Shown here: positions 1 through 12,500 of the stretch, one piece after another
Layout: every line of letters starts with the position of its first letter
How positions within the stretch are numbered: position 1 is the stretch's first letter
The notes under the pieces: generated by a model
Database searches by the model: none
What the model was told of the DNA's origin: nothing
The model's input: the letters and a program-made list of their open reading frames with translations, nothing else
Source of the DNA: Owenia fusiformis
Lineage: Eukaryota
Assembly (NCBI GenBank): GCA_903813345.2
Contig: CAIIXF020000001.1
Location: 13,578,001-13,642,000, forward strand
Direction: 5' to 3'
Length of the DNA stretch: 64,000 nt
Made by a program: the position numbers and the translations under genes

Positions 1-292
1 GTTGCGACTAGTTGTGAAACCTTCATATTTCATCACCTTGAATATGTCTCTTCTATTTTTGTCTGCAGATACATATTCCTCACCTTCACATAAATATGCC
101 TTGTCTTCACATACATCCGTATCTTCAACATACATGTTTCTTGAATATTCCTTTCTATTCCTTATATATTTCTCCAAAAGAGTACTTTACAGTGCACAGA
201 TGGATTCAAATTATAGAGATGATATTCACTGTGCAACCTGGCACATATTCACCATTTTTAAGGTTGACCTAACCTGATTTAAAGAAGGACAT

Positions 293-415
293 CAATCGAT
301 AACATCCGAAATTGTACGATTACACCCAGTACAATCGATAACATCCCCAAATTGTACGATTTCATCCAGTACAATCGATAACATCCCAAATTGTACGATT
401 TCATCCAGTACAATC
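293..415. repeat. Three tandem copies of a ~40-bp unit immediately after the distal stop codon (3' UTR)
   Basis: caatcgataacatcc..aaattgtacgatt.ca.ccagta x3. Confidence 0.85.
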
Positions 416-506
416 AGTTCATCCATTGACGACAGTTTTGTGCGCCACACATACATTTGATTTTGTGTTGATCATCTTCAAAGTCAAATTTATAGTCGTA
501 TACTAA
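414..506 (-). CDS. KMT2C: KMT2C/D terminal exon, distal copy (SET C-terminus/post-SET): LVYDYKFDFEDDQHKIKCMCGAQNCRQWMN*
   Basis: Acceptor gttttgttttgtAG (507-508), 93 nt, phase 0, TGA at 414-416. Confidence 0.9.
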   Translation of the reverse strand, partial: LVYDYKFDFEDDQHKIKCMCGAQNCRQWMN

Positions 507-3500
507 CTACAAAACAAAACAGTACTAAATTAGTCCCTATCATTCCTTACACAATGTCTCTATTCATAATCCTGTGTTTTCAGTATACAGAGCACCAATT
601 TAGCTATAAGTCTATGGGTGGTCCAGGAGTTTGGAGGGTCTTGAGATGAGCTGTGCAGGGTTTAGTGTTCTACATTACTGTAATAGTATTAAGGACAAGG
701 TCCCTGCCCAGGGTGTGAGCTTCCAATGTTCTATGAGATTAACCTAAATACGGCTAGATTGGTGCCCTATGATGCGTGTGTGTGTAGGGGCCTAGGGGGG
801 TCAGCAGGTTAATTCATCCATTTGCGGCAATTCGGAGCCTCGCACAAGCAAGCAACCTTTTTCGACGCATCCTCGTAGTCAAATTTGTAATCATAAGAAA
901 GCTGGAATGATACAGAGAAGCATAACTAAATGAGACAGGACCAAACCCATGTGATAAAAGCAAGTACGGGTGAAATGACATCACAATTCACATAACAACC
1001 CACATACATGCAACATACACATACATACATATTTAAGTGCCCAAATAGAGTTTTGATAAGCCCACGTGCATGGAATAATACCCTTTTGGAGCACCAGGAA
1101 ATAGGGTACCAAATGAATAAAATGAAGTTCACCAACACAGTGAGATTTAAATAAAAAGCATGTGCAATAGGATATGATTGTGGTTGTAAATTATACTAAT
1201 TAGCAGCTGATGTTTGTTGTTGAATCATGCTGATAAAATACAATAATAAATATGTTAATAGACAAATACTTAATATAATTTTAACATCCATATATTATCA
1301 ATCAAACAATTCAGAGTTTACAATTATGAATTTAATTTAATATGCAATTGCATGATGGGACATTACCTCCTCTCCCCTAGAGATCTTCCTGCATGCAATT
1401 ATGATGATCTTGCTCTCCTTCTCAAAGGGGACCACCTCTGCCACACAGTTGGGGTTGCAGGAGTGGTTGACATAACGGGCGGGCCCACCAGCCATGGTGG
1501 CATCATTCACAGTGTCAGAGTCCATACGGAACATGTACACTCCACGATTCTATAACAAATAATCGATATGAGTAAAATATTCTATGATCTTCCAACACTA
1601 AAGGATCTGGACCAAATAGTTCAAAGTTGTCAATTTTTATCGAGTTGAGAATTTTAAGTGATGAAATTTTTCGAAGTCTATTCTCAAGATGTCATAATCA
1701 CCATGGTGACACCACATACTGATGCTGGTTTGTGAACTTTTCTTGTTTAGAAATGTTTTCAGGAAATATTCCCTTAATACAAATTCTATTTCACTTTAAG
1801 GAATGGAGATGACATACCTGCTCTTCATAGAATTTCTCCCTCTTTTCAGCTATCTCATTTCTTATTTGTTCACCAATATATTCAATGACCATGGTGTGTT
1901 TCTCTATATCTCTAGCAGCAAACAGACCAAGTCCCTGTGAAACAGACAATTACATGTTTATGTGTGTTACGCAAAAAGTTCAGTTGTTTCAAATACAGAA
2001 ATAATTTTGTATAACATTACAACAAATTCTCAATCAAAAATTATCAAGGAAACTTACTAAGACACACATATATGCCCTATGGAGTCTGTGTGAGATATGT
2101 AACTCAAATGAAAATGAAATACCTGTATTCTTGACCGACCAAAATAGACATTTTGTCTCCATTCTGTCTTCAGTTTGCGATATTGAGCGGATTTGGAATG
2201 AACAAACTGCTTCATGTATGGCGAGTTGATATCTCCTGCGGTCACCTGGGTGACATTGGTGGTCAATGATCGTGATGTGCCAGCACTTTGTAGATACGGT
2301 CTGAAGAAAATCAATTCATATAGAAATTGCTTCAATTGGAGTAAACAATGAGGTAAATCTCACTTTTGAATGACAAGATTATTACTTAGACATTATATGT
2401 TTATATAGATCGCAAATTCTTGCAGTTATTTTGCAAATGATGTTCATACAAGCTTTGTGACAAACTGGAATTTGTTTATACCTTTTGAAATGTGTCCTGA
2501 GCTTTGGTTCTGATCTAGCACAGCCTGAGGGGTTAATTGTAAGTGGGATGTCCACTGTTAAGTTACGACCATAGCGGAAATGATAATTCTTCAATAGGTC
2601 CATACCAGGAAGCTGAAATGAACAAACGAAATGTAAGATTAGTTTGAGGTCTCATAATATAATAGAAACAAATAAAGATTTAAGTACGGATGGACAGACG
2701 GACAAAAAATGAAATGGTGTGTTCATATATCCCTCCGAACTTCGTATGATGGGATAACTATTTCAATGTGTGAACATGAATTTCTGATTCAAGTTCTTTA
2801 TCAACTTAGTTAGTTATAAACATTCCAAGCTTTTCGTAAAAATGTACAAAATGATACAAATATCCATTTCAAAAAATAATTATTTAATCAACCAAAATTG
2901 CTCATTTTGTCAATTGTTTTAAAGGGAAAAAAGTGTGTACTTACAGATTCTATGACCCTGAGTATTGATGGTTCATTCAGTCCAAACATCTCCTCCCCAG
3001 ATGTATAGTTTGGAAATAGCTTCACGAGGTCTGCTTGTTTGCGTAACTTTTCTAATGGTTCTAATAACTTCAACCATACTCCTAAAAGCAAAATATAATA
3101 TAGTATAAAATGGTATTATAGAACTAAAACTGTATGAAGTAAATGACCTACTGCTTGGTCTTATCAAAAGGATATTTCAAAATAAGTTAAATATCATGGC
3201 TTCTTAGTTGGATTGTCCGGTAATTGTTGACTTTTTGTCCATTTTCAGCCATTTTTCAATAATGCATGTTTTGGATGCATAAAAACTGCAAATATATCTT
3301 GTCACTGGACTAATAAGACTGTAGGGAACCTATTTCTGGAAAATGATTCTCTCTTTAATACAGGTAATATGTCAATACCTTTTGGCGTTGAGTCCCGTAC
3401 TGTGTAGTCTTGGTGACCTTTTTCTATGACTCTGATACTGAATTCAGGCTTTCCATCATTGTCATCTATTTTACATACATAGCAGCAACGTTTGTACAAA

Positions 3501-6500
3501 ACACGGAAACTCCAGTAAAATCTTGTCACGTGAAAGCCCACCTAAAACAATGAACAATTTGTTATGAATCATTGAAAAGTATTAACATAGATAATATTAT
3601 ACTTCAAATCTCACTTAAATCATTTATCTATAAAACAGAAATAAAGCTTCATAATCAATGGCCATTACATTTATCATATAGAGTATAAATGAAAATTGAA
3701 AACAGGTAATAAACTAGAATGTGCAACTTACTGGGTATATGTAATACTTGGTATGGAAGCGTTTTGACTGTATGTGACTGGGCAGTAGTTGACCAACACT
3801 GTGGAACACCAGAGAGCCTATCCTACACACATATTTCTTCTCCTCCTGGTGTAAAATGCTAAAACAGGCACTGAAGTCAAGATAGTGAATATCTCTAAAT
3901 TATCAAGTCCATTTACAGTATACATTTAAAGTACAGTATGGATTTACATCAAAAAATTGTACATGCAGTATTTGTTTTTTCTTCAATTGAAAATTACCAA
4001 AGCACCAACAATGTCAATTTTTATCTCAGTTTCTTCTCTCCACATTAAATAACTACAAGACATTTCATTCACATACAAAAGAAATGATCAATATTCAGTC
4101 TCCAATAGGTAATTATAGTAAAAAATGCCATCTATATGAAGTCTTCCATTAGGTAACTTACCCTGCTACTTGTTTGGCCTCATCCCTATTAACATAGACA
4201 CGTCTAAAGACGGAGAGGTTTGGCAGTTCCTCATCAGCGTGCAGTTTACTGGCATGTAAAGGACACAGGATTGTCTGAAATATAAAACTGGGAATAAAGT
4301 AAAGAAAATCGACAAATGGTCACACTTCTCAGAGAGCTTTAGCACAATTCAAAACTAGAGAGGAATAGTGAGGAAAGCACATGATCAGTGACACTTAGGT
4401 GGTTAAATCAGTATGTTTAAATAGGGGTCTTATTTTTCATATTTTCTATACTACAGTACATATTTAGTGTGGTGTCTTGTATTGCAATGCATTGTTACAG
4501 TATTGTATTACAACAGGTTGTTTTAAATAGATGTCTCACAATTCTACTCAGTTTTACTACAAAAGCACAAATGATTAAACTGAAGTTATCTTTTGCTTCT
4601 AATTCTAGTTGTGGAGAAAGATCAACAATCCAATACCTTATCCTTGAAAAATGTACAGTTGACCTTCTGTGCACAGCCCACATGATACATATTTGTGCAT
4701 CTCATCTTGAAACAGCCCACTGTAGCACCCTTCCTCTTACAGGCTGCACATTCCACAGACTGGCTGTGTTTATGTGCCTGTTCCACATTCATCAATGCCC
4801 CACTTATGGTCTCATACACTTCATAGGACCATAACAAACAGTTAAGGTGGACCCATTGTTCTGTACCAACGTTAAGAATCCTGCAAGTAAAATATTGATA
4901 TGTTTATATAAGTTATTGAAAGACTCTAGTAGTTTTCATTAAGTTTGCTTTTCCTCATTTTATATTTCTTTTTAACTAGTGGATAAACATTTATAACCAT
5001 TCAAAATTTCACACAATTCAGAATTCTAAACTTCTCGGACCATTTTAGACATTTTGATGCAATTTTTAAATTCCATGATTGATTCAAGTCGGGGCAACCT
5101 ATTCTATTTTGACTTCTCTGAACATGACAATCCTGAACTTTAATTAAACATCTAGCTAAACATCTGAGAACTCTCCATAAGATATTCTTGAGTTATAGCC
5201 CATTTTCATAGTAGGGGTACTAGAGGCTGTGGGGGGAAAATGGCCACAAAATCTTAAAGCTGAAAAACTGCAGTCTCATAATTCAGAGAGATTGTGAAAT
5301 CATAAATTCTCATAAATTCTCTCCAGATATAAGCTCTAGCCCTCACTCTGATTTGACTTAAGTAGTAGCTTGCAGTCAGAAATATTGAACTCATGGCACA
5401 TAGCGTAAAGCAAACATCCATCAGCAAAATATTGATAGCATATAATGGTGGCAACATCAATTATCTTGAACATCAGACTTAAGACTAAGGATTAAGAATA
5501 AAGGAATGCGAACAAGCTCATAATGTTTGAAGACTTAATAGAAATTCACATGTGTTTAATGCTGCTTTATCCCAACTGAGCTGCAAGTATGGCTTCTTTC
5601 ATCTATCTATTCTGCATTAGCTAGCAATCAATCACACCCTTATAGAAAAGTATATTTCAATGTCACAATCATTTAAAGCTTTTAATAAATTTACTACCAT
5701 TGGATTTACATATCAACGCAGGTATGATATCCTGTAAATTAAAAACGTAATAAAATATAACAGGAAGCATTATGGTTTATTTCAATTTAACGAGAGGAGG
5801 ATAAATAAAAAACTTTTATGATACAAGGAGTTGGTTTCCACCATGATCAATCAAGATTTGAGGAGAGCTTTTTTAATCTTGCATACTTTCAACATCATTT
5901 ATATGGTTTTATATGGTTTTATATGGCTTGCCACATGAACTTATAGCAATCATTGACAGAAAACCTCCAAAGAACATAAATCACATATTAATCTATTTAT
6001 CCACTTTTGATGGCCGTATTATTTTATATCCCATATGATTTATCTGAATATGATACCAGACCCTCTGAATGCGTCATAGACCACAGAATTTTTTTTAGTT
6101 TAAATAATGATTTGTTACTTAGCCTAGTACCCAATGATTGATGTTAGATGAATAGAATAAAATGATTTTGTGTCATTCTGTTTCGTTGCTATGGCCAAAA
6201 TCAAGAATTATATCAATCGATGAATATGAACAAGTAGTCATTGTTTAGTATGGTTTAATTCCCTCATTTCACGTCATTACACATTTATTTCAAATAATTA
6301 TGCATCTTATAACATTTACGTAGATTGCTGCCAAGTGCAATGTGCAGTAAAGAACAATATGCATTTACGAGCCCCAGATTAACTTGAATCATAAAGCAAC
6401 CATCCTTCATTAACGCTAAAAGGGTCAGTATGACCTGAAGGACAGAATCAATGTAAAAGTTGTACAATTGTATATTCTTAAGTCAGAATATTTTATACTT

Positions 6501-9500
6501 ATCTTTACTTTAAATAATAAAAATTAAGGTATAAGACATAATAAGGGACCCATATACAAAAGTATATACCCTTGTAAGATATTTAACCATGTGTATGAGG
6601 TAGGGTGATCAAAGGTATTATCTGGACATGTTTGTCATTTGAATGCTACATATCATCCAGGCACTATAAAATGAATGTAAATGGAAGAAATGTGGCATTA
6701 AAGGTACTGAAGAAACAAGGCATTAACATGCAAAATGTCACCATCTGCTATTTGTTGCAGACACCAACAGTGGCGAACACTGACCACCAAATGCCGAACA
6801 CTGCTGAATACCATCCACAAAAAAAATTGGAGTCTATAACAATAATTCACCACTTGGTGGTGGTGATGTGTAGGTGATGTAAAGATGTAGAAGAGAATTT
6901 GTTTTGTAAAAGGGCAAAGTGTCATTGATGGTTCCTATAAAGGTTTTTAAAATGAAACGACGTGATATTTTCAGACAATTCCAAGATGAATTTTTGCTAT
7001 GCATGGCTTCAATAGACTCTCTCAGAATCAATCTATACCTTCGAGACGAACAATCTTAAAAAGCTAGATACAGAGGGATGGGCAAATAATTATGTTTCAA
7101 TGGACATATTGAATGTGTTTGCACTAACCTAGCTGGTCCATTGGTGGGTTGATCACCCTCTTCAAGGCAGAGTATACACTTCCTTGTGTCTTTTGGCAAG
7201 TTGTCATTGTGCATGATCATCCCCATATTGTTGAGCAACTGGAATACAAATAGCAAAAAACATTAAAGTATATGTTCAGAGATAATGCATTGTGGTTTTT
7301 ATCTCATACACAGAGTCACAATGTATGTATTAAAGTGCCATTGATTAGAGTAATAAAAAGATTTTTGAGTGTTACTCAGGCATAAAATATACTTGGTTAT
7401 GAAGCTTTTTGTCAGAAGGCGCCCTAAAGAAGTGATTTAACCCTGCTGTATAATAGGCACAATTGATATACTGGACATCCTATTATTATCAGCCAAGACT
7501 GCACATCTAGTTAAGCAATGGCTGATCGTCATATACGCATAAACACCATGCCATACTTTCAAAATTTAGAAAAAAGTTGATTTTCTATATGGAATTGCCC
7601 CACACTTTAAAAATGGATAAAAATTGCCAATAATTTACATTTTATTAGTCCATATTTGTCAGACTTGCATATTTCAAAATGCTCCAGAACGCAATCTCAT
7701 TTCAAATTTTCTTGGGGGGAGAACACTCTTAAACCTCCCCAAAGCTTGTTCCATTTGCTCACTCGTGGCATACTCTCACAAAGTACCCACGCTACGCCAC
7801 TGTAAAGTATTAAGCTTATACTTCATGAAATAGAATGGGTCATTGAGTGCAAACTATATCATAAATCTATTGTGAGATGAAAATAAATAAATAAATAAAT
7901 AAATGTAATTAATAACTATATCATAACTGAAATGGACAAAACCTGACACTAATTGAACATTTAAATATTAATAATGGTGAGATTTGAAATGAAAATCTAA
8001 GGTTCCTCATTTTGGCAAACATTGAAACTGATTGAAAAATTAATTATACATAAGAAGTTATGTCCAAGGATATGATCTGACAACTGGTGCTTGTGATTTG
8101 TAATTGAAACCATTGTTCTATGGAGAATCTCTATTCAAAACAATTACATAGAAATTCTAAATAGGTTCTTGATTTAAGCAGCCGCTCAAATGATTCTCAT
8201 TCATTGTTAATAACACAATATGATATCCAGCACTGAAGAAGTCTAGGCGAAGAAAATAAAAAAATTTTCCTAAAGAAATTGTGAAATCAGTCACGGCTGA
8301 TTAAAAGAATCATTTTGTGATCAGACAATGCCTAAATCTTGCATCCTGTATGAAAAAGACTGAAAAGCCTAGAGAAGGAGAAACTAGAGAGCTTCATCGA
8401 TATAATTTTTCACTCTTGTAAAATAAGGCCTAATTACATCGGTGATTAGAGATGTATCCTATATAGCAGGAAATGCAGAAATTGTAAGAATAGGGTAACT
8501 TAAATGCATGTTTAGCATCATTCTGTTCTGATAAATGATGGGCATACAGGCTTTTCAAATTATCATATCCTCGAAGCATGGTTAGTTTATGGTAAGTCAT
8601 AAATAAGGCATTGAGATGCAAAATATCACCACCTGCCATTTGTTACAGATGCTGAAAGCTGAACACCAACTGCCGTACACTATCCCCAGGATGGGTGTAG
8701 ACTATAATAATACATCACCACAAGAAACATATTTCTTCTAATTTATTTAGCCTAGCCTAACTCATCTAGAGTGAGTTATGATCATAAGGCTAAACTTCTA
8801 ATGAGACATACTTTTTCTCATTAAAAGCATATCAAGAGAAAGTGGCTCAAATCAGCCTTATATAAAAATACATCCATAATTCCTTGTAACAAGCTCATCA
8901 AATGTTACACAAATAGACATTTAAGGCCAGATTACTTATCTGAGGCACTTTCATCTCCTTTCATATACACTTTACAAAGAGAGACATCGTCTTTCCATTA
9001 AAATTTAAATGTCTAGAAATTGTCAACTTGACAGATATCCTAACATGCTAATATCAGCAGTGTCAATGTAGCCTAACTACAAACACATGCTCTGAAGCAT
9101 GCAATATAAACCTTCATTTGTGATATGATTAATGGGTAGAAAGCACAATTATGTTTTCACAGCATGACCTACTTTACACATAACGTGACAAAGTGAGAAT
9201 TTCTGGGTATCTGGGAATGTTTCACTTACTTCATGCAACTCCTTTTTGGATGGTGGGTGGACTTGTTTTTCATATCTTGCCATACTGGGGTCCCATCTTT
9301 TATATCTTTTACCCTTCCATTTCTTAGTAACAACCTAAAAATTAATAATTCAAAAGTAAACATCCTAACAGTGTCACAAGTATATTTATTTTTACAATTT
9401 TGTTTATGTTTGATTCAATTGTGAGCAACACTATTGACATTCCAAAGTGAAGATGGGTTCTCAAAATAAGGTCTTATCATATTATTAAATCATCTTTATT

Positions 9501-12500
9501 TTCATTAACCTTGTTCTTAAAATGACATTTCATGAGAATAATCAATCATCATTTTTATCAGTTATGATAGGATATTTATTCGTTGTTATGGTGATCTTAT
9601 ATTTATGTTTAATCCTAATTAAAATCGATTCAATCGTGTTAATCCTTATAGAAAGGGTTAAAAATACCTTTGATTGTGACATCATAGAGTCTACACTGCT
9701 GCTTCGTCTTCTACTCCTATTCGCAACTTTGATGATCAAAGGTGGGACCTTATTTGGCTCAGTTGGGGTGGCCTGGACTGTGGTCAAGGTCACTCCAGGG
9801 GTCAAAGGTGAGACAGCAGATGGAATGGTTGACGTGGAGACGGGAGATATAGAAATATCACTAGTGACACCTTTTGGTGGTCTATAGTCACTATCATGAT
9901 CATCATCGCGATCCTTTTCTTGTTCATCGCTACTTCTATGTTCAACTAGATCACCACTTTCCTTCTAGACAAAAATAAGACCACTTATATTTTTTCAGAA
10001 ATATGAACCTGTATTATCATAAAAATGAGCAAACAATGTCTCATGAAAATTCATCTTCTGATCCTAGAAGTGCTCATGACATTTCTGATTCTTATTGAGA
10101 GTTATTTCTTCAATTTTTGGCTATATATTGTACAGCGGTTACCAAAATGGTTTCCTTAAGAAGACGAAAGGAAGTCAATACTCTGACTATTTTTCATATT
10201 TTTAGCTCATTTATTTCCATGTAGGTGTAAATGTTTTTCAGATGGGTGCTATCAAAACAGAGAGGAGATCAGTATGCAATAAGAACTGTGATTTACCTGT
10301 TTGTCTGCGTTCTGTGACCTGTGAGTGACAGAGAACTGCATACAACAATTGACGCTACAGAATGTTAGCTCATCATTTTCCTTAAAGCAGAAGGAACAAA
10401 CATTGAGTAACATTGAGTAAGTGCAGATGGGGAATCCATAAATAACATCCTTTACATATCAATAACATGACAAACTGTTCCTTGGTGGTGACATAAATAT
10501 ATTATCTATAAATTCTGTACATACTTTTACACTTGGATTTTGGTGATTTGGTTAAAATTAGTGATTTTTGTGTATTTTCTGATTATTTGATGTCCTTTGT
10601 CTATTCTTGTTTTTTCTCAAACTTTGTTAGTTTTAAATAGATTTCAAATGATCTTTTACCAAAAATGTGAGGTTGATAATTATTTCCTGAATGGAATCTC
10701 TTCAAATTAAATAAAAAATAAAAATATTGTAAATTATCATAGAGCTATAGAAGAAGTAGAACTATGACTGATAGATATTTTGTAAGTTTTATAATTTCTT
10801 TAAATCTTATAATGTTCCTGGTTTTATAACTGAAATGATGCTCTTGCTTGTAACAAGCTATTGCATTCACCTATTTAAATTGATTTACGTATAGTACTAA
10901 GTTAATAACATTAAGGTAGATTAGCTGGATAAGATACTTTGAAACAGAATCAAGGAGATAATTCTGCTATAATGATATATTCAATCTTTTTTTAATAACA
11001 CAGATAAACTATCATGTCTTTTAGTATGACGAACGGCACGAGAATATCCGCTTTATCCCTTCTTAAATAAATATTAAACCTATCTGTTAAAAATCCCATT
11101 AGTGTAACATTTACATCTAGATAGATGATCACCTTTTTGAGAAATCTCTTACAAGTAGATGAACTATCTAAAAATAACAACTAAATCTTCTTAAAGATGG
11201 CAATTAAATTACTAAAACACTTCTTACGGCAGTTAAGATCGCCGACATAAGCTTGTAAGATGTTCATTAAGCAGGGAAAGTGGAAGATCATGTAATAAAT
11301 AGTCCTTTATTGCAACAATGAATAATTTAAAGGTTATGTACATAAATACATTGTGGAAGTTTCCCTGTAATTTATCAACTGTATCAATGAAGATTCATTT
11401 AATTAAAAATATATATACATTTATAATGTACATTGACATACATTAATATTATCAACAATATTTTCTGATCAGAGACGGTTTATTCTTACTTATGTTTTTT
11501 GTGTTTCTATGAGGGTGACATGAAACGAGGAATGGATAGATGGTATGCCCATTCCTTGAACCTTCTGAACATGTGTTTTAATGTTAAAGGTCAGGATATT
11601 GAAGTGCTCAAAACTCGCTGAACCTTTACAACAACAATATCCACCTTTCAATGTAATTAAAAATGCAACTAGATCAAATTAACCAAACTACCAGTAAATT
11701 GTTCTTCACCTAGCTGCACAAAAATACAGTCATGTATAACATTATCAAATGATCTTGGTAAAAATTAATCCCTTGACTAGTAATTATTGATTTTTTATCA
11801 CACGATTCGCATCAATTTAATTGTTTAGTTCGCATGGCAAATGTTAGCTTAAAAAATCTTTGATGTGAGATTCTGTCAATACATATTGAGTAATCAATGA
11901 CACGTTTTATTAAACTCTGATTTGAAGTAGATAAAAACTCAGCTTCATTATAAATTCTGAATGAAAGATGCGGATATAGAATTATGATTGTATAATGCTT
12001 ATAAACATAATAATTCAAATGTAAAGCTGTGATGATAATAGAATATTTTAAGCGTAACCATAGTAGCAAGTGAGACAACAAATTGGCAGCATCTGATTGA
12101 TTGTGAGGAGAAGTTATAAGCTGGAGCCTTATTTGGTTTCTCAGAGCTCACACGGAATGGACATTGCATGCTACAGAAGCATACCTCCGGGAAACTAAGG
12201 CAACCAGTATAAATAACAAAACAAAACAGACAATAGAGAATATAAAGCAAGAATAAAGAAACTTCACAGCAAACATTCAAATTATTCCAGTATATGGAAC
12301 TTATGAAATAATAAAAAGTCGTAATTAAACAAGATATTGATTCATAAGTTTATACAACTGAAACTTTTCGACTGACTGGTTGTTTGATATAAACCAACTT
12401 TACATAAGTGACAATAGATGAAAGTTGCATGGATGCCAGCTGCACATCAGACTAAATAGACAGTTAAAGATTTTCCAGTTGCTTCGTGACTGATGAATAG

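Noticed and set aside
414-901. Duplicate last exon as an assembly artefact (haplotype duplication)
   Set aside because: The copies differ at 11/30 residues and many synonymous sites, and their flanks are unrelated
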